Of a stretch of 64,000 nucleotides of DNA, positions 1-8,612 are shown piece by piece. Within the stretch, counting starts at the first letter, position 1. The number at the start of each line of letters is the position of its first letter. Origin of the DNA: an uncultured Gammaproteobacteria bacterium. GTDB lineage: Bacteria > Patescibacteriota > Microgenomatia > UBA8517. The DNA lies in contig CAYSEQ010000003.1 of the NCBI GenBank assembly GCA_964430475.1, positions 23,832-87,831 on the forward strand. The letters run 5' to 3'. The notes under the pieces were generated by a model. The model was given only the letters and a program-made list of their open reading frames with translations. It had not been told where the DNA came from and searched no databases. Both the position numbers and the translations under genes were made by a program.

Positions 1-23
1 AGAAATTCTGTTGAATCATAATT

Positions 24-404
24 TTAAAATATCAACCCTCCTTTACGTACACCTTCGGCTAGAGATTTAACCCTCCCGTGATATTTATATCCCCCCCTAT
101 CAAACGCCACCTTTTTTATTCCCTTCTTAAGGGCTTTCTTAGCAAGAGATTCGCCCACTTTAAAGGCAATTTCCTTTTTGGTCAGATTTTCATTACCCTT
201 TTTTAAATCTTTAATATTAAAATCGCTTGAGCTTACCATCGTAACACCTCTCTCATCGTCAATGATTTGAGCATAAATGTGTTTATTAGAACGAAAAACT
301 GAAAGCCTTGGGACTTCTTTGGTCCCGAAAATCTTTGCCCTTATCCTCTTTCGCCTCCTTAGTCTTCTTAAAAGTTTTTTTTCAAGTTTCGGTTTTCTTC
401 CCAT
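24..404 (-). CDS. rplR: 50S ribosomal protein L18 (uL18)
   Basis: 126-aa basic protein with uL18 hallmarks ([16 protein letters not shown]...[18 protein letters not shown]); position after L6 in the spc operon. Confidence 0.9.
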   Translation of the reverse strand: MGRKPKLEKKLLRRLRRRKRIRAKIFGTKEVPRLSVFRSNKHIYAQIIDDERGVTMVSSSDFNIKDLKKGNENLTKKEIAFKVGESLAKKALKKGIKKVAFDRGGYKYHGRVKSLAEGVRKGGLIF

Positions 405-410
405 AAATTT

Positions 411-962
411 TTAAGCTGGACCTCCTACCGACTTGGCAGCTTTCCCTGGCTTTCTCCTAACCACTTCGTCTTTATACCTTATACCCTTACCTTTATATGG
501 CTCGGGTGGTCTAATCCTTCTTATCTGTGCTACAACCTCGCCAACAAGCTCCTTATCTATCCCTTCCACAGTTATATCGGTTTTTTCTACCTTGAAACTC
601 ACTCCTTCAGGTGCTTCTACTACCACTGGGCGAGAAAAACCTACATTAAGTATTAGTTTGTTGGCATTAACCTCACCCCTATAACCAGTCCCTACCATTT
701 CTAAAGTTTTACTAAAGCCAACTGATACGCCTTGTATCATGTTTGAGATTAAAGCTCTAAATGTGCCATGAAGACTTTTTGTTCTTTTGTTTTTTCCTTT
801 TACAGCTACCTTCAAAAAGCCCTCTTTTTTCTCCACACTTATCTCATTAGGCAAAACTTTTTCCAAACTCCCTTTAGGTCCACTCACCCTTATTACATTA
901 CCCTCCACTTCTACACTAACCCCTTGAGGGATGGCAATTGGTGTTTTTCCAATTTTACTCAT
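411..962 (-). CDS. rplF: 50S ribosomal protein L6 (uL6)
   Basis: 183 aa, MSKIGKTPIAIPQGVSVEV...; two-domain uL6 pattern; spc-operon context. Confidence 0.9.
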   Translation of the reverse strand: MSKIGKTPIAIPQGVSVEVEGNVIRVSGPKGSLEKVLPNEISVEKKEGFLKVAVKGKNKRTKSLHGTFRALISNMIQGVSVGFSKTLEMVGTGYRGEVNANKLILNVGFSRPVVVEAPEGVSFKVEKTDITVEGIDKELVGEVVAQIRRIRPPEPYKGKGIRYKDEVVRRKPGKAAKSVGGPA

Positions 963-1005
963 AAAACTTTAATAAACCTCCTTATGAAAAAAATGAAAAT
1001 TAACT

Positions 1006-1455
1006 TCATAGAATCTCGGCAATAACCTCTCCACCCACTCTTTTCTTAATTGCTTCCTTAGATGTCATTATTCCTTTGGGAGTGGAGATAATCAAAATGG
1101 AAGGTCCCTTCTTTTTCTCCATCTCTTCCACACTCATATACAATCGGAATCCGGGTTTAGAAACTAAGCGAATATCGGTCAAAACAGGCTCTTTTTTACG
1201 ATAAACAATGTCTAGTGAAAGAGTGTTTCCTTTTTGGGAAATATTCTCAATATATCCCTCCTTTTCCAAAACATCAGCTACCTTTTTAACAAATTTACTT
1301 GCAGGTGCTTCAACATTCTTTCTCCTTGCAAGAGCAGCATTTTTTAACCTAATAAGAAAATCACCAACTCTATAATTTGTGACTCCAAACTTTCCGAGTT
1401 CACTAGTACCTTCTTTTTTAGACTTTTCCTTTTTTTGAATCTTAACTTTTGCCAT
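1006..1455 (-). CDS. rpsH: 30S ribosomal protein S8 (uS8)
   Basis: ORF runs to 1542 but would overlap rpsN. Internal Met at 1455 (MAKVKIQ...) is taken as the likely start. VTNYRVGDFLIRLKNAAL...IISTPKGIMTSKEA matches uS8. Carries a ~25-aa lysine-rich N-terminal extension. Confidence 0.8.
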   Translation of the reverse strand: MAKVKIQKKEKSKKEGTSELGKFGVTNYRVGDFLIRLKNAALARRKNVEAPASKFVKKVADVLEKEGYIENISQKGNTLSLDIVYRKKEPVLTDIRLVSKPGFRLYMSVEEMEKKKGPSILIISTPKGIMTSKEAIKKRVGGEVIAEIL

Positions 1456-1465
1456 ATTTTTATAA

Positions 1466-1651
1466 CTACCAACTTGCCTTTCGCACACCAGGAATTTCAC
1501 CCCGTAAAGCATGCTCCCTAAAACAGATTCTACAAAGACCAAACTTTCTCATATAACCCCTCGCCCTCCCACAGAGGCTACATCTATTTCTGTACCTGAT
1601 CTTGTACTTTAGCTTTTTTAATTCCCGAACTTCTTTTGCCTTTCTAGCCAT
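1466..1651 (-). CDS. rpsN: 30S ribosomal protein S14, Zn-ribbon Z-type (uS14)
   Basis: 61 aa with C-x2-C...C-x2-C (CSLCGRARG...CRICFRE); between L5 and S8. Confidence 0.9.
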   Translation of the reverse strand: MARKAKEVRELKKLKYKIRYRNRCSLCGRARGYMRKFGLCRICFREHALRGEIPGVRKASW

Positions 1652-1751
1652 AAACCTTATAAAAACCTTTAAAAAGGTTAGCTTGAATATTTTATCTTTT
1701 ATTTAAAAATATTCCATATGAAACCACAAAAAAATAAGTTCTATCCCAAAT

Positions 1752-2291
1752 CTATTTTTTTTCAAAAGGCATACCCATAAGTTCAAGTAATCTCTTTGAT
1801 CGGGCAATTTCCTTGGTACTTGTAACTATATTGATCCCTAAACCCCTTTGCCTGAATTCCACATTATTAACCTCGGGAAATACGTCTATTTCGACAAATC
1901 CCAAATTATAATTTCCAAATCTATCAAACCCACTTTCTGGCACACCCCTAAAATCCCTAAGTCTTGGTAAAACTATAGAAAAAAGTTTATCCAAAAATGC
2001 GTACATCCTTTCGCCTCTTAAAGTTACCCTTAAACCAACAGGCATTCCCTTACGAACCCCAAAACTCGCCACCGACTTTTTTGCGGTACGTACTTCAGGA
2101 ATTTGACCTGTGATCGCTGCAAGTGCCTTTTTAGCTGAATCCAAAAGCTCCTTGTCTTTTGACGCATCACCAACACCCATATTAATTACCACTTTTACTA
2201 GCTTGGGAACCCCCATTTTATTCTCAATTCCAAATTCACTCATTAATGTAGGAACAATTTCTTCTTCGTATTTTCTTTTAAGTCTATTCAT
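1752..2291 (-). CDS. rplE: 50S ribosomal protein L5 (uL5)
   Basis: 179 aa, MNRLKRKYEEEIVP...VVINMGVGDA...; classic uL5. Confidence 0.9.
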   Translation of the reverse strand: MNRLKRKYEEEIVPTLMSEFGIENKMGVPKLVKVVINMGVGDASKDKELLDSAKKALAAITGQIPEVRTAKKSVASFGVRKGMPVGLRVTLRGERMYAFLDKLFSIVLPRLRDFRGVPESGFDRFGNYNLGFVEIDVFPEVNNVEFRQRGLGINIVTSTKEIARSKRLLELMGMPFEKK

Positions 2292-2304
2292 GGTTTAATT
2301 TTTT

Positions 2305-2637
2305 TTATTTCTTTAAAGACTTCGTATCGATAATTTTTTCGCACTTTTTACAGTACCTAAACTTTTCACCATCTGATTTCTTAAAGCCAACGCGGGTTTG
2401 TTTCTTACAATTTGGGCAAATCAGGGCAATTTTTGAAAAGGGAAGAGGCCTTGGCAATTCATAAATACCTCCTTTTCTTCCTGGCATTCCCTTTACATGC
2501 TTTTTATAAACATTAATACCCGGAACAACCACACTTTCCTCTTTAGGAAAAATTCGTTCAATTATCCCTTCACGACCCTTATCTTTACCCTGGACTATTT
2601 TTACCTTGTCACCAACTCTAAACTTAAGCATAGGCAA
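2305..2637 (-). CDS. rplX: 50S ribosomal protein L24 (uL24) with C4 zinc-ribbon
   Basis: KOW-like N-terminus (VGDKVKIVQGKDKGREG). C-terminal third carries CPNC-x17-CKKC where E. coli uL24 has a non-Cys beta-hairpin. Confidence 0.85.
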   Translation of the reverse strand: MPMLKFRVGDKVKIVQGKDKGREGIIERIFPKEESVVVPGINVYKKHVKGMPGRKGGIYELPRPLPFSKIALICPNCKKQTRVGFKKSDGEKFRYCKKCEKIIDTKSLKK

Positions 2638-2652
2638 AATTTTTTATTTTTT

Positions 2653-3018
2653 TTAAACTACCTCCCTTGCAAGGGAGGCAATCTTAGTGTATCCTCTTTC
2701 TTTAATCTCGCGGGCAATTGGTCCGAATATTCGCGTTCCTCTGGGTAAACCTTGGGAATCAATAACTACTGCCGCGTTATCATCAAATCTTATATATGTC
2801 CCGTCGCTTCTTCTAACCTCTTTTTTAGTCCTCACAATCAAAGCTCTAACCTTTTCTGCGTCTTTGACAACACCATTAGGATCTGCACCATCTACAACAC
2901 ACCTAACAACATCTCCAACGCTTGCGTACTTTCCAACCTTAGGCGGAAAACCAATAACCTTGAGTCTTTTGGCACCTGAATTGTCTGCTGGCTTTAAAAT
3001 TGTTCCTAACTGAATCAT
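2653..3018 (-). CDS. rplN: 50S ribosomal protein L14 (uL14)
   Basis: [23 protein letters not shown]... canonical uL14 start; 121 aa. Confidence 0.9.
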   Translation of the reverse strand: MIQLGTILKPADNSGAKRLKVIGFPPKVGKYASVGDVVRCVVDGADPNGVVKDAEKVRALIVRTKKEVRRSDGTYIRFDDNAAVVIDSQGLPRGTRIFGPIAREIKERGYTKIASLAREVV

Positions 3019-3022
3019 ATCT

Positions 3023-3265
3023 TCAAGAACTTTTACCTTTTGAAACTATTTCTATAATTTTCCATTTCTTTGTCTTGCTGTAAGGCTTTGAATCGGTAAA
3101 ACGCACAATCTGACCAACTTGAGATCCTAAGTCGTCATGAACATGGTATTTTTTAACTTTTCTTACCTTCTTTTTGTACAGAGGATGAGTCACTACTCTC
3201 TCAACCGCAACTGTTGCGGTCTTTTGCATTTTTTTGCTAATAACAATACCTTTAAAAACTCTCAT
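3023..3265 (-). CDS. rpsQ: 30S ribosomal protein S17 (uS17)
   Basis: 80 aa; [18 protein letters not shown]...HPLYKK pattern of uS17. Confidence 0.85.
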   Translation of the reverse strand: MRVFKGIVISKKMQKTATVAVERVVTHPLYKKKVRKVKKYHVHDDLGSQVGQIVRFTDSKPYSKTKKWKIIEIVSKGKSS

Positions 3266-3486
3266 GTTTCCCTCTTAAATTCAAATTCTAAAATCTCTTT
3301 CTCTTTAATCAATGTTAAAATCTGAGCCAAATCTCTCCTTAGGTTTTTTACCTTCTTTAAGTTTTTTTCCCTACCAGAGACAATTTCTGCCCTCACCCTT
3401 TCAATCTCCAGCCTCTTCTCCTCAGCTAGATTCTTGAGTTCAGGAATTTCTTTTTTTCTTAGTTCTTGCAAATCTTTTTTCTTCAT
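3262..3486 (-). CDS. rpmC: 50S ribosomal protein L29 (uL29)
   Basis: 74-aa helical protein (LRKKEIPELKNLAEEKRLEI...); lies between L16 and S17; 4-nt overlap with rpsQ. Confidence 0.8.
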   Translation of the reverse strand: MKKKDLQELRKKEIPELKNLAEEKRLEIERVRAEIVSGREKNLKKVKNLRRDLAQILTLIKEKEILEFEFKRET

Positions 3487-3517
3487 GAGATTAGCAAAAA
3501 TTTCTAGCTAAATGACA

Positions 3518-3934
3518 TTAACCTGACGACTCCCTTGAAACAAATTTTGTCTTAAATGGCATCTTGGAAGCAGCTTTGGCAAAGGCTTCTTTGGCTAATT
3601 CATAATCAATACCAGCAACCTCATAGATTATCCTTCCAGGAGTAATCACGGCAACATATTTTTCAACCTCACCTTTTCCTCCTCCCATTCTCTGTCCTGC
3701 AGGCCGAGAGGTAACTGGTTTATCAGGAAAAACCCTAACCCACAATTTTCCACCCTTTTTAAGACTGTGAGTAATCGCTCGCCTTCCAGCTTCAATACTC
3801 TTGGCAGAAAGCCAACCTCTACCAACCGCCTTAAGACCATATTCCCCAAAAACCAAAGTTGAACCACGCACTGACTTCCCCCTCATCTTGCCTCTAAAAC
3901 TTTTTCTAAATTTTGTTTTTTTAGGCTCCAACAT
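3518..3934 (-). CDS. rplP: 50S ribosomal protein L16 (uL16)
   Basis: MLEPKKTKFRKSFRGKMRG... canonical uL16 N-terminus; 138 aa. Confidence 0.9.
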   Translation of the reverse strand: MLEPKKTKFRKSFRGKMRGKSVRGSTLVFGEYGLKAVGRGWLSAKSIEAGRRAITHSLKKGGKLWVRVFPDKPVTSRPAGQRMGGGKGEVEKYVAVITPGRIIYEVAGIDYELAKEAFAKAASKMPFKTKFVSRESSG

Positions 3935-3959
3935 TGCTTTTTAGGTACCTTAGAAAAAA

Positions 3960-4625
3960 TTATTCCTCTACCTTTTTATGAATATAAACCTTCACACCGA
4001 CATATCCTTTCTTTAAAAGAGCAGGTACTTGAGCGTAATCTATATTCTCTCTTAGGGTCTGGGTCGGAACTGAACCTTCCTGATACTTCTCAACCCTCGC
4101 TATCTCTGCACCAGCAATTCTACCGGATAAAATTACTTTTACTCCTAAAGCTCCTGCCTGCATAACTTTCTCCATAGCTCTGTGAACTACCCTCTTGTGA
4201 GGAAGACGTCTTTCTAACTCAGAGGCGATCCTGCTCGCAACTAAATACGCTGAAAGTTCTGGATTTTTGACTTCACTCACTCTTAAATCAATTTTTAACT
4301 CTTTCTCTAATTCTTTAATTCCTTTTTGGCGTAATTTACTAATAACCTCAAGAATGCTTCTTTTCAGCTCTTCTAGACCACTTCCTCCCCTTCCAATAAC
4401 CATTCCCGGTCTTGACACAGTAAGGTCTATATGGATACTTTTAGGTAGTCTTTCTATTTCTACATTGGTAATCCCAGAAAGTTTAAGTTTCTCCATCAAC
4501 ATCTCTCTTATCTTTATATCTTCAAGAAGGTAATTTTTTAAATTTCTACCTTCGACAAACCAACGAGACTTCCAGGGAGTAAAGCTCCCTACCCTAAATC
4601 CTATTGGATTAACCTTCTGTCCCAT
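3960..4625 (-). CDS. rpsC: 30S ribosomal protein S3 (uS3)
   Basis: MGQKVNPIGFRVG... KH domain; 221 aa. Confidence 0.9.
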   Translation of the reverse strand: MGQKVNPIGFRVGSFTPWKSRWFVEGRNLKNYLLEDIKIREMLMEKLKLSGITNVEIERLPKSIHIDLTVSRPGMVIGRGGSGLEELKRSILEVISKLRQKGIKELEKELKIDLRVSEVKNPELSAYLVASRIASELERRLPHKRVVHRAMEKVMQAGALGVKVILSGRIAGAEIARVEKYQEGSVPTQTLRENIDYAQVPALLKKGYVGVKVYIHKKVEE

Positions 4626-4682
4626 TTTTTTTAAAAAACAAATAATCTTAAAATAAGCATCTTTCTTAAATTTAGTGCCATA

Positions 4683-5087
4683 TTAGCCCTTTTTTGCTTG
4701 CTTTCTTTTTGTAACGGAAATTGCATCTGGCCTTGATTCAGAAACACTTTGCATTTGCTTTCGCGTTGTAAGCACAATTCTTACATGACTCATCCTTCGT
4801 TGATAAGGCTTTATCCTAGATCTCGCACCCGCTCTCCACCTTTTTAACCTAGGTCCTTCATTTATCTGAATCTCTTTAAAAACAAGCTGATTCGGATCAA
4901 CTCCACTTCTTAAAGCATCTGCAATTGCTGATTGAATTACCTTTCTAAGAGGCTCGGCAGCCTTTTTCTTCACAAAACTAAGAACTTCGACAGCCTCTGA
5001 AGGGCTTAAATTTTTAACCAATGAAACTATCTGCCTTAACTTCTTTGGCGTTGGGTAGGTATATCTTTGGATTGCCTTAACTTCCAT
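4683..5087 (-). CDS. rplV: 50S ribosomal protein L22 (uL22)
   Basis: 134 aa; position between S19 and S3; basic C-terminal tail. Confidence 0.85.
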   Translation of the reverse strand: MEVKAIQRYTYPTPKKLRQIVSLVKNLSPSEAVEVLSFVKKKAAEPLRKVIQSAIADALRSGVDPNQLVFKEIQINEGPRLKRWRAGARSRIKPYQRRMSHVRIVLTTRKQMQSVSESRPDAISVTKRKQAKKG

Positions 5088-5112
5088 AATATAGGTTATA
5101 GAAACTTAAATT

Positions 5113-5394
5113 TTAAGTTTTTTCAAGAATCCTTTTAACAACTTGCCCATGACCTCGAAATGTTCTCGTGGGAGCAAATTCTCCTAACCGGTGTCCTACC
5201 ATATCTTCAGTAATAAATACATTCACAAAAACCCTACCATTGTGTACTTCAAAATATTTGCCGACAAACTCCGGCGGAATTTGGCAAGCTCTGTTCCATG
5301 TTCTTATTGGTTTTTCTTTTGTTCCAAGACCCGCCCTCACCTTTTTAAGTAGGCGCTCGTCAACATATGGACCTTTTTTCAAACTTCGTGACAT
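5113..5394 (-). CDS. rpsS: 30S ribosomal protein S19 (uS19)
   Basis: [19 protein letters not shown]...; 93 aa. Confidence 0.9.
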   Translation of the reverse strand: MSRSLKKGPYVDERLLKKVRAGLGTKEKPIRTWNRACQIPPEFVGKYFEVHNGRVFVNVFITEDMVGHRLGEFAPTRTFRGHGQVVKRILEKT

Positions 5395-5399
5395 AGTTC

Positions 5400-6152
5400 T
5401 TAAACCTGTACACCTTTCTTTCTAGGTGAAACAATTAACTTATCGGAGTACTTTTTCGGTCGCCTTGTTTTACCAACTGCCTTTTTTCCAAATGGAGTCT
5501 TAGGAAAAGGCAAGCCCACACCACTTCTTCCTTCACCACCACCATGAGGATGAGCAGCGGGGTGCATAGCAACTCCCCTCACTGTAGGCCTTATCCCCAT
5601 CCTTCTTTTCCTACCTGCCTTACCCAGTTTCAGTGTTTTTGCCTCAATGTTACCAACCTGACCGATGGTCGCCCAGGCTTTAGGATTGAATCTTCTTATC
5701 TCGCCTGAGGGAAGCCTTACAAGCACGTACTCACCTTCTTTTCCTTGAACAACCGCGGAGCTTCCTGCTGACTTGGCTATTTGTCCACCCTTACCGGGCT
5801 TTATCTCAATATTGTGTACTTGGGTGCCGGTGGGAATTTTCTCTAACGGCAAAGCGTTGCCAATTTCAATCGGAGCATCTTCGGAAGCAACCACCCTACT
5901 ACCCTCTTCTAAACCTAAAGGGGCAAGTATATAACTTCTTTCACCATCTTCATACAAGACTCTTGCAATTCTTGCATTTCTATTTGGATCGTATTCAATG
6001 GCCTCAACTACACCCCAAACTCCCTTTTTATTTCGTTTGAAATCAATTTCACGCAAAAATCTTTTGCTTCTCCCACCTTTATGTCGCACGGAAATACGAC
6101 CTTGGGTATCCCTCCCACTTTTTTTTGGCAAAATCGTAAGTAGATTTCTCAT
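5400..6152 (-). CDS. rplB: 50S ribosomal protein L2 (uL2)
   Basis: 250 aa; GRNxxGRITVRHKGGG-type core ([12 protein letters not shown]), GGGEGRS loop. Confidence 0.9.
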   Translation of the reverse strand: MRNLLTILPKKSGRDTQGRISVRHKGGRSKRFLREIDFKRNKKGVWGVVEAIEYDPNRNARIARVLYEDGERSYILAPLGLEEGSRVVASEDAPIEIGNALPLEKIPTGTQVHNIEIKPGKGGQIAKSAGSSAVVQGKEGEYVLVRLPSGEIRRFNPKAWATIGQVGNIEAKTLKLGKAGRKRRMGIRPTVRGVAMHPAAHPHGGGEGRSGVGLPFPKTPFGKKAVGKTRRPKKYSDKLIVSPRKKGVQV

Positions 6153-6430
6153 TTTTTCTCCTCCTCAAAAAGCTCTATCTTTTCTCCATCTTTTAGAGTG
6201 ACTATGGCCTTCCTTTTTTTACTAATTACTATCTTTCTTCCCCGAAAGTCCCTCTTCAATTCTCCACCCAAGCTCAAGGTATTAACATCAATAACATTCA
6301 CTTTAAAAATCTTTTCTACCTCTTTTTTTATCTGGTGTTTGCTCAAATTTTTATCTACCAAAAAAACGTACTTACCAACCTTTGCCAATTTCATTGATTT
6401 TTCTGTGATAACCGGAATAATGGATCCCAT
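6149..6430 (-). CDS. rplW: 50S ribosomal protein L23 (uL23)
   Basis: 93 aa; ATGA overlap with rplB; uL23 pattern and position. Confidence 0.85.
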   Translation of the reverse strand: MGSIIPVITEKSMKLAKVGKYVFLVDKNLSKHQIKKEVEKIFKVNVIDVNTLSLGGELKRDFRGRKIVISKKRKAIVTLKDGEKIELFEEEKK

Positions 6431-6435
6431 ATTTT

Positions 6436-7218
6436 TTAATTTTTATTCTTGGATTTAAAAGTTTTCCCTTTTTGGGTTTTCTTTTCTTTGGTAGACACTT
6501 TTTTAATTTTAGTTTTCAAGCTTTTCCCAGTTTTATGTGTTTCCTTAGAAAGTGTTAAAATTTTTTTAGTTCTCTTATCTTCAGGACCCTTGCCCCCAGA
6601 AAATCCTAAAATAGCGTCCTTCTCAATAAGAACTAGTCCGCCGGAAATAACTTCGTAAGCGTTAAGGCTTCCAAATGGAACTACCTTCAAATTTTCCAAG
6701 TTCCTAAAAAATCTAACCACCTTTCTATTCTCTTCTGAAACAACCAGAGTAATTTTATTAGGCCTTTTGCCCTTAAGCTCCTTTTTGATAATCAAATCCA
6801 AAAATTTAGCAGCATCTTTGGTTTTTTTAATACTAACAAGTTTATCCACACCCACCAAATTACCTTCTTTGGCTTTTAGTCCTAAAGCTAGCTCCAAAGC
6901 CTTACGACGGATATTCTTTGTTAGAGAAAGAATCCTTTTTACACCCTTCGGACCATGGGCAACACCACCACCAACAAATATGGGCGCTTTTACGCTACCA
7001 TGTCTTGCTCTACCTGTACCTTTTTGCCTCCATATCTTGGCAGTTGAACCTGCGACTTCACCCCTGGATTTAACTTTAGAAGTCCCTGGGTGTAGCCTAT
7101 CCTCATAAACCCTCTTGGCTTGAGCAAGTAAGTACAAATTTAGGTCTTCAAAAGCTTTTGGTAGGGCAGAACTACCTCTTTTGCCACTTTTTACTTGATA
7201 GATATTTATTTTCAACAT
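6436..7218 (-). CDS. rplD: 50S ribosomal protein L4 (uL4) with ~55-aa Lys-rich C-terminal extension
   Basis: QKGTGRARHGS motif of uL4; 260 aa, against ~200 typical. Confidence 0.85.
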   Translation of the reverse strand: MLKINIYQVKSGKRGSSALPKAFEDLNLYLLAQAKRVYEDRLHPGTSKVKSRGEVAGSTAKIWRQKGTGRARHGSVKAPIFVGGGVAHGPKGVKRILSLTKNIRRKALELALGLKAKEGNLVGVDKLVSIKKTKDAAKFLDLIIKKELKGKRPNKITLVVSEENRKVVRFFRNLENLKVVPFGSLNAYEVISGGLVLIEKDAILGFSGGKGPEDKRTKKILTLSKETHKTGKSLKTKIKKVSTKEKKTQKGKTFKSKNKN

Positions 7219-7221
7219 ATT

Positions 7222-7980
7222 TTAAGCTTGGGATTGAGAATTAATCTCTGCTGATTCATTCTCGTTTTTATTGGTTTCACTCTCCTCCTCTTCCTGAACC
7301 ACCTGAACTTCTGGAGCTTTTTCTTCAAGTTCTTCAATTTTTCCACTTCCCAATCTTTTTATGATTAAAAGACTGCCCCTCTGCCCTGGTAGCAAACCCG
7401 AGATAGCCAAAAGATTCTCCTCCGCTTGTATATCTACAACTACCAAATTCTTAACCGTGACCTTTCTGCCTCCCATCCTTCCAGCCATTTTTTTACCCTT
7501 CCAAACCCTACCAGGAGTAGTACCTTGACCTATGGAACCTGGTGCACGCTCACGATCACTTTGTCCATGTGTTCGGGGACCTCCACTAAATCCCCACCTT
7601 TTCACAACACCAGCAAACCCTTTTCCTTTGGAAATACCAGTTACCTGAACAACATCTCCTTTCCTAAAGATGTCAGAAACAGCGATAACATCACCAACCT
7701 TAAGTTCAGGCTCTTTATCAAGTTTTACTTCCCTTAAAAAACGCGGCGCTACCTTTTTTGACTCAACTACATTTCTAAGATGACCCAAAAGTGGCTTTGA
7801 AATATTTTTGATCTTTTTTTCTCCAAAACCCAGTTGAACTGCCCAATAACCATCCCTTGCTGGTTTTTTGACCTGAGTCACAACGCACGAACCCACCTTA
7901 ACCCAAGTAACAGGTACTCTTGTTGCCCCTATAAAAGTCTGGCTGGATTTTTCCTTTGTCGCTAGAATCGTATCTAACAT
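7222..7980 (-). CDS. rplC: 50S ribosomal protein L3 (uL3) with acidic C-terminal tail
   Basis: N-terminus aligns to uL3 (GATRVPVTWVKV...); C-terminal EEEESETNKNENESAE tail. Confidence 0.9.
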   Translation of the reverse strand: MLDTILATKEKSSQTFIGATRVPVTWVKVGSCVVTQVKKPARDGYWAVQLGFGEKKIKNISKPLLGHLRNVVESKKVAPRFLREVKLDKEPELKVGDVIAVSDIFRKGDVVQVTGISKGKGFAGVVKRWGFSGGPRTHGQSDRERAPGSIGQGTTPGRVWKGKKMAGRMGGRKVTVKNLVVVDIQAEENLLAISGLLPGQRGSLLIIKRLGSGKIEELEEKAPEVQVVQEEEESETNKNENESAEINSQSQA

Positions 7981-7990
7981 AACTTTTTCT

Positions 7991-8016
7991 CAAAAAAAAG
8001 AGCGCCCAAGGCGCCC
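7991..8016 (-). terminator. GC-rich hairpin (GGCGC/GCGCC) followed by a U8 tract on the minus strand, ~11 nt upstream of the rplC start; intrinsic-terminator/attenuator-like
   Basis: Seen directly: aaaaaaaagagcgcccaaggcgccctc on plus; its reverse complement gives stem-loop then UUUUUUUU. Confidence 0.5.
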
Positions 8017-8208
8017 TCTTCTAGGCACATCTTGGATATATCTTTGTGGTTTTTAAGTGTTTTGAACCACCTCCACTTTAGTGGTAAATTATATCAAACC
8101 CATACCAAAATTAGCAAGACTAAAAGTCTAGACAACAAAGTTGCACTCTTTGTACTATTAATGATATAAAATAAAACCTATAACTTGCTCACCTAAGCCT
8201 AAAATTTT

Positions 8209-8526
8209 ATGAAAGAAAGAAAATCTAATAAAGCACCTATCGCTATCCCGGAAAGAACAAACGAATTCTATGCCGACGAACAAACTAAAAGAGTATACGA
8301 AACCGCCCAAAAAGCAGTGCAGACTGCGTCTAAAATCCCTCCAGAAGGCCTAGAGCTTGCGAGAAATCCTATTACCTTTAAACCCGAGTATGAAGAAGAA
8401 GGGTTGGCTGTGGTTTTTGCTGTCGGAGGATTTCTTCCTTGTGGGGAAGATGAAAGGGTTATCCAAGTCCCAGATCGTACCTTGAAAGTTTTAGCTGAAA
8501 TGGGTATCCCTTATCAAATCTCGTAA
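8209..8526 (+). CDS. hypothetical protein (105 aa), first gene of a plus-strand module inserted between rpsJ and rplC
   Basis: Clean ORF; a TTGCAC-18nt-TATAAA promoter-like element lies upstream (8141-8170); no recognisable family. Confidence 0.4.
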   Translation: MKERKSNKAPIAIPERTNEFYADEQTKRVYETAQKAVQTASKIPPEGLELARNPITFKPEYEEEGLAVVFAVGGFLPCGEDERVIQVPDRTLKVLAEMGIPYQIS

Positions 8527-8612
8527 ACCCAACTTTAATCTCGCTACCCTTATAAATACTTTCCAGTAAACCCAATCTAACCCCACTTGATATATTCGTA
8601 TTTTTTCGTATC

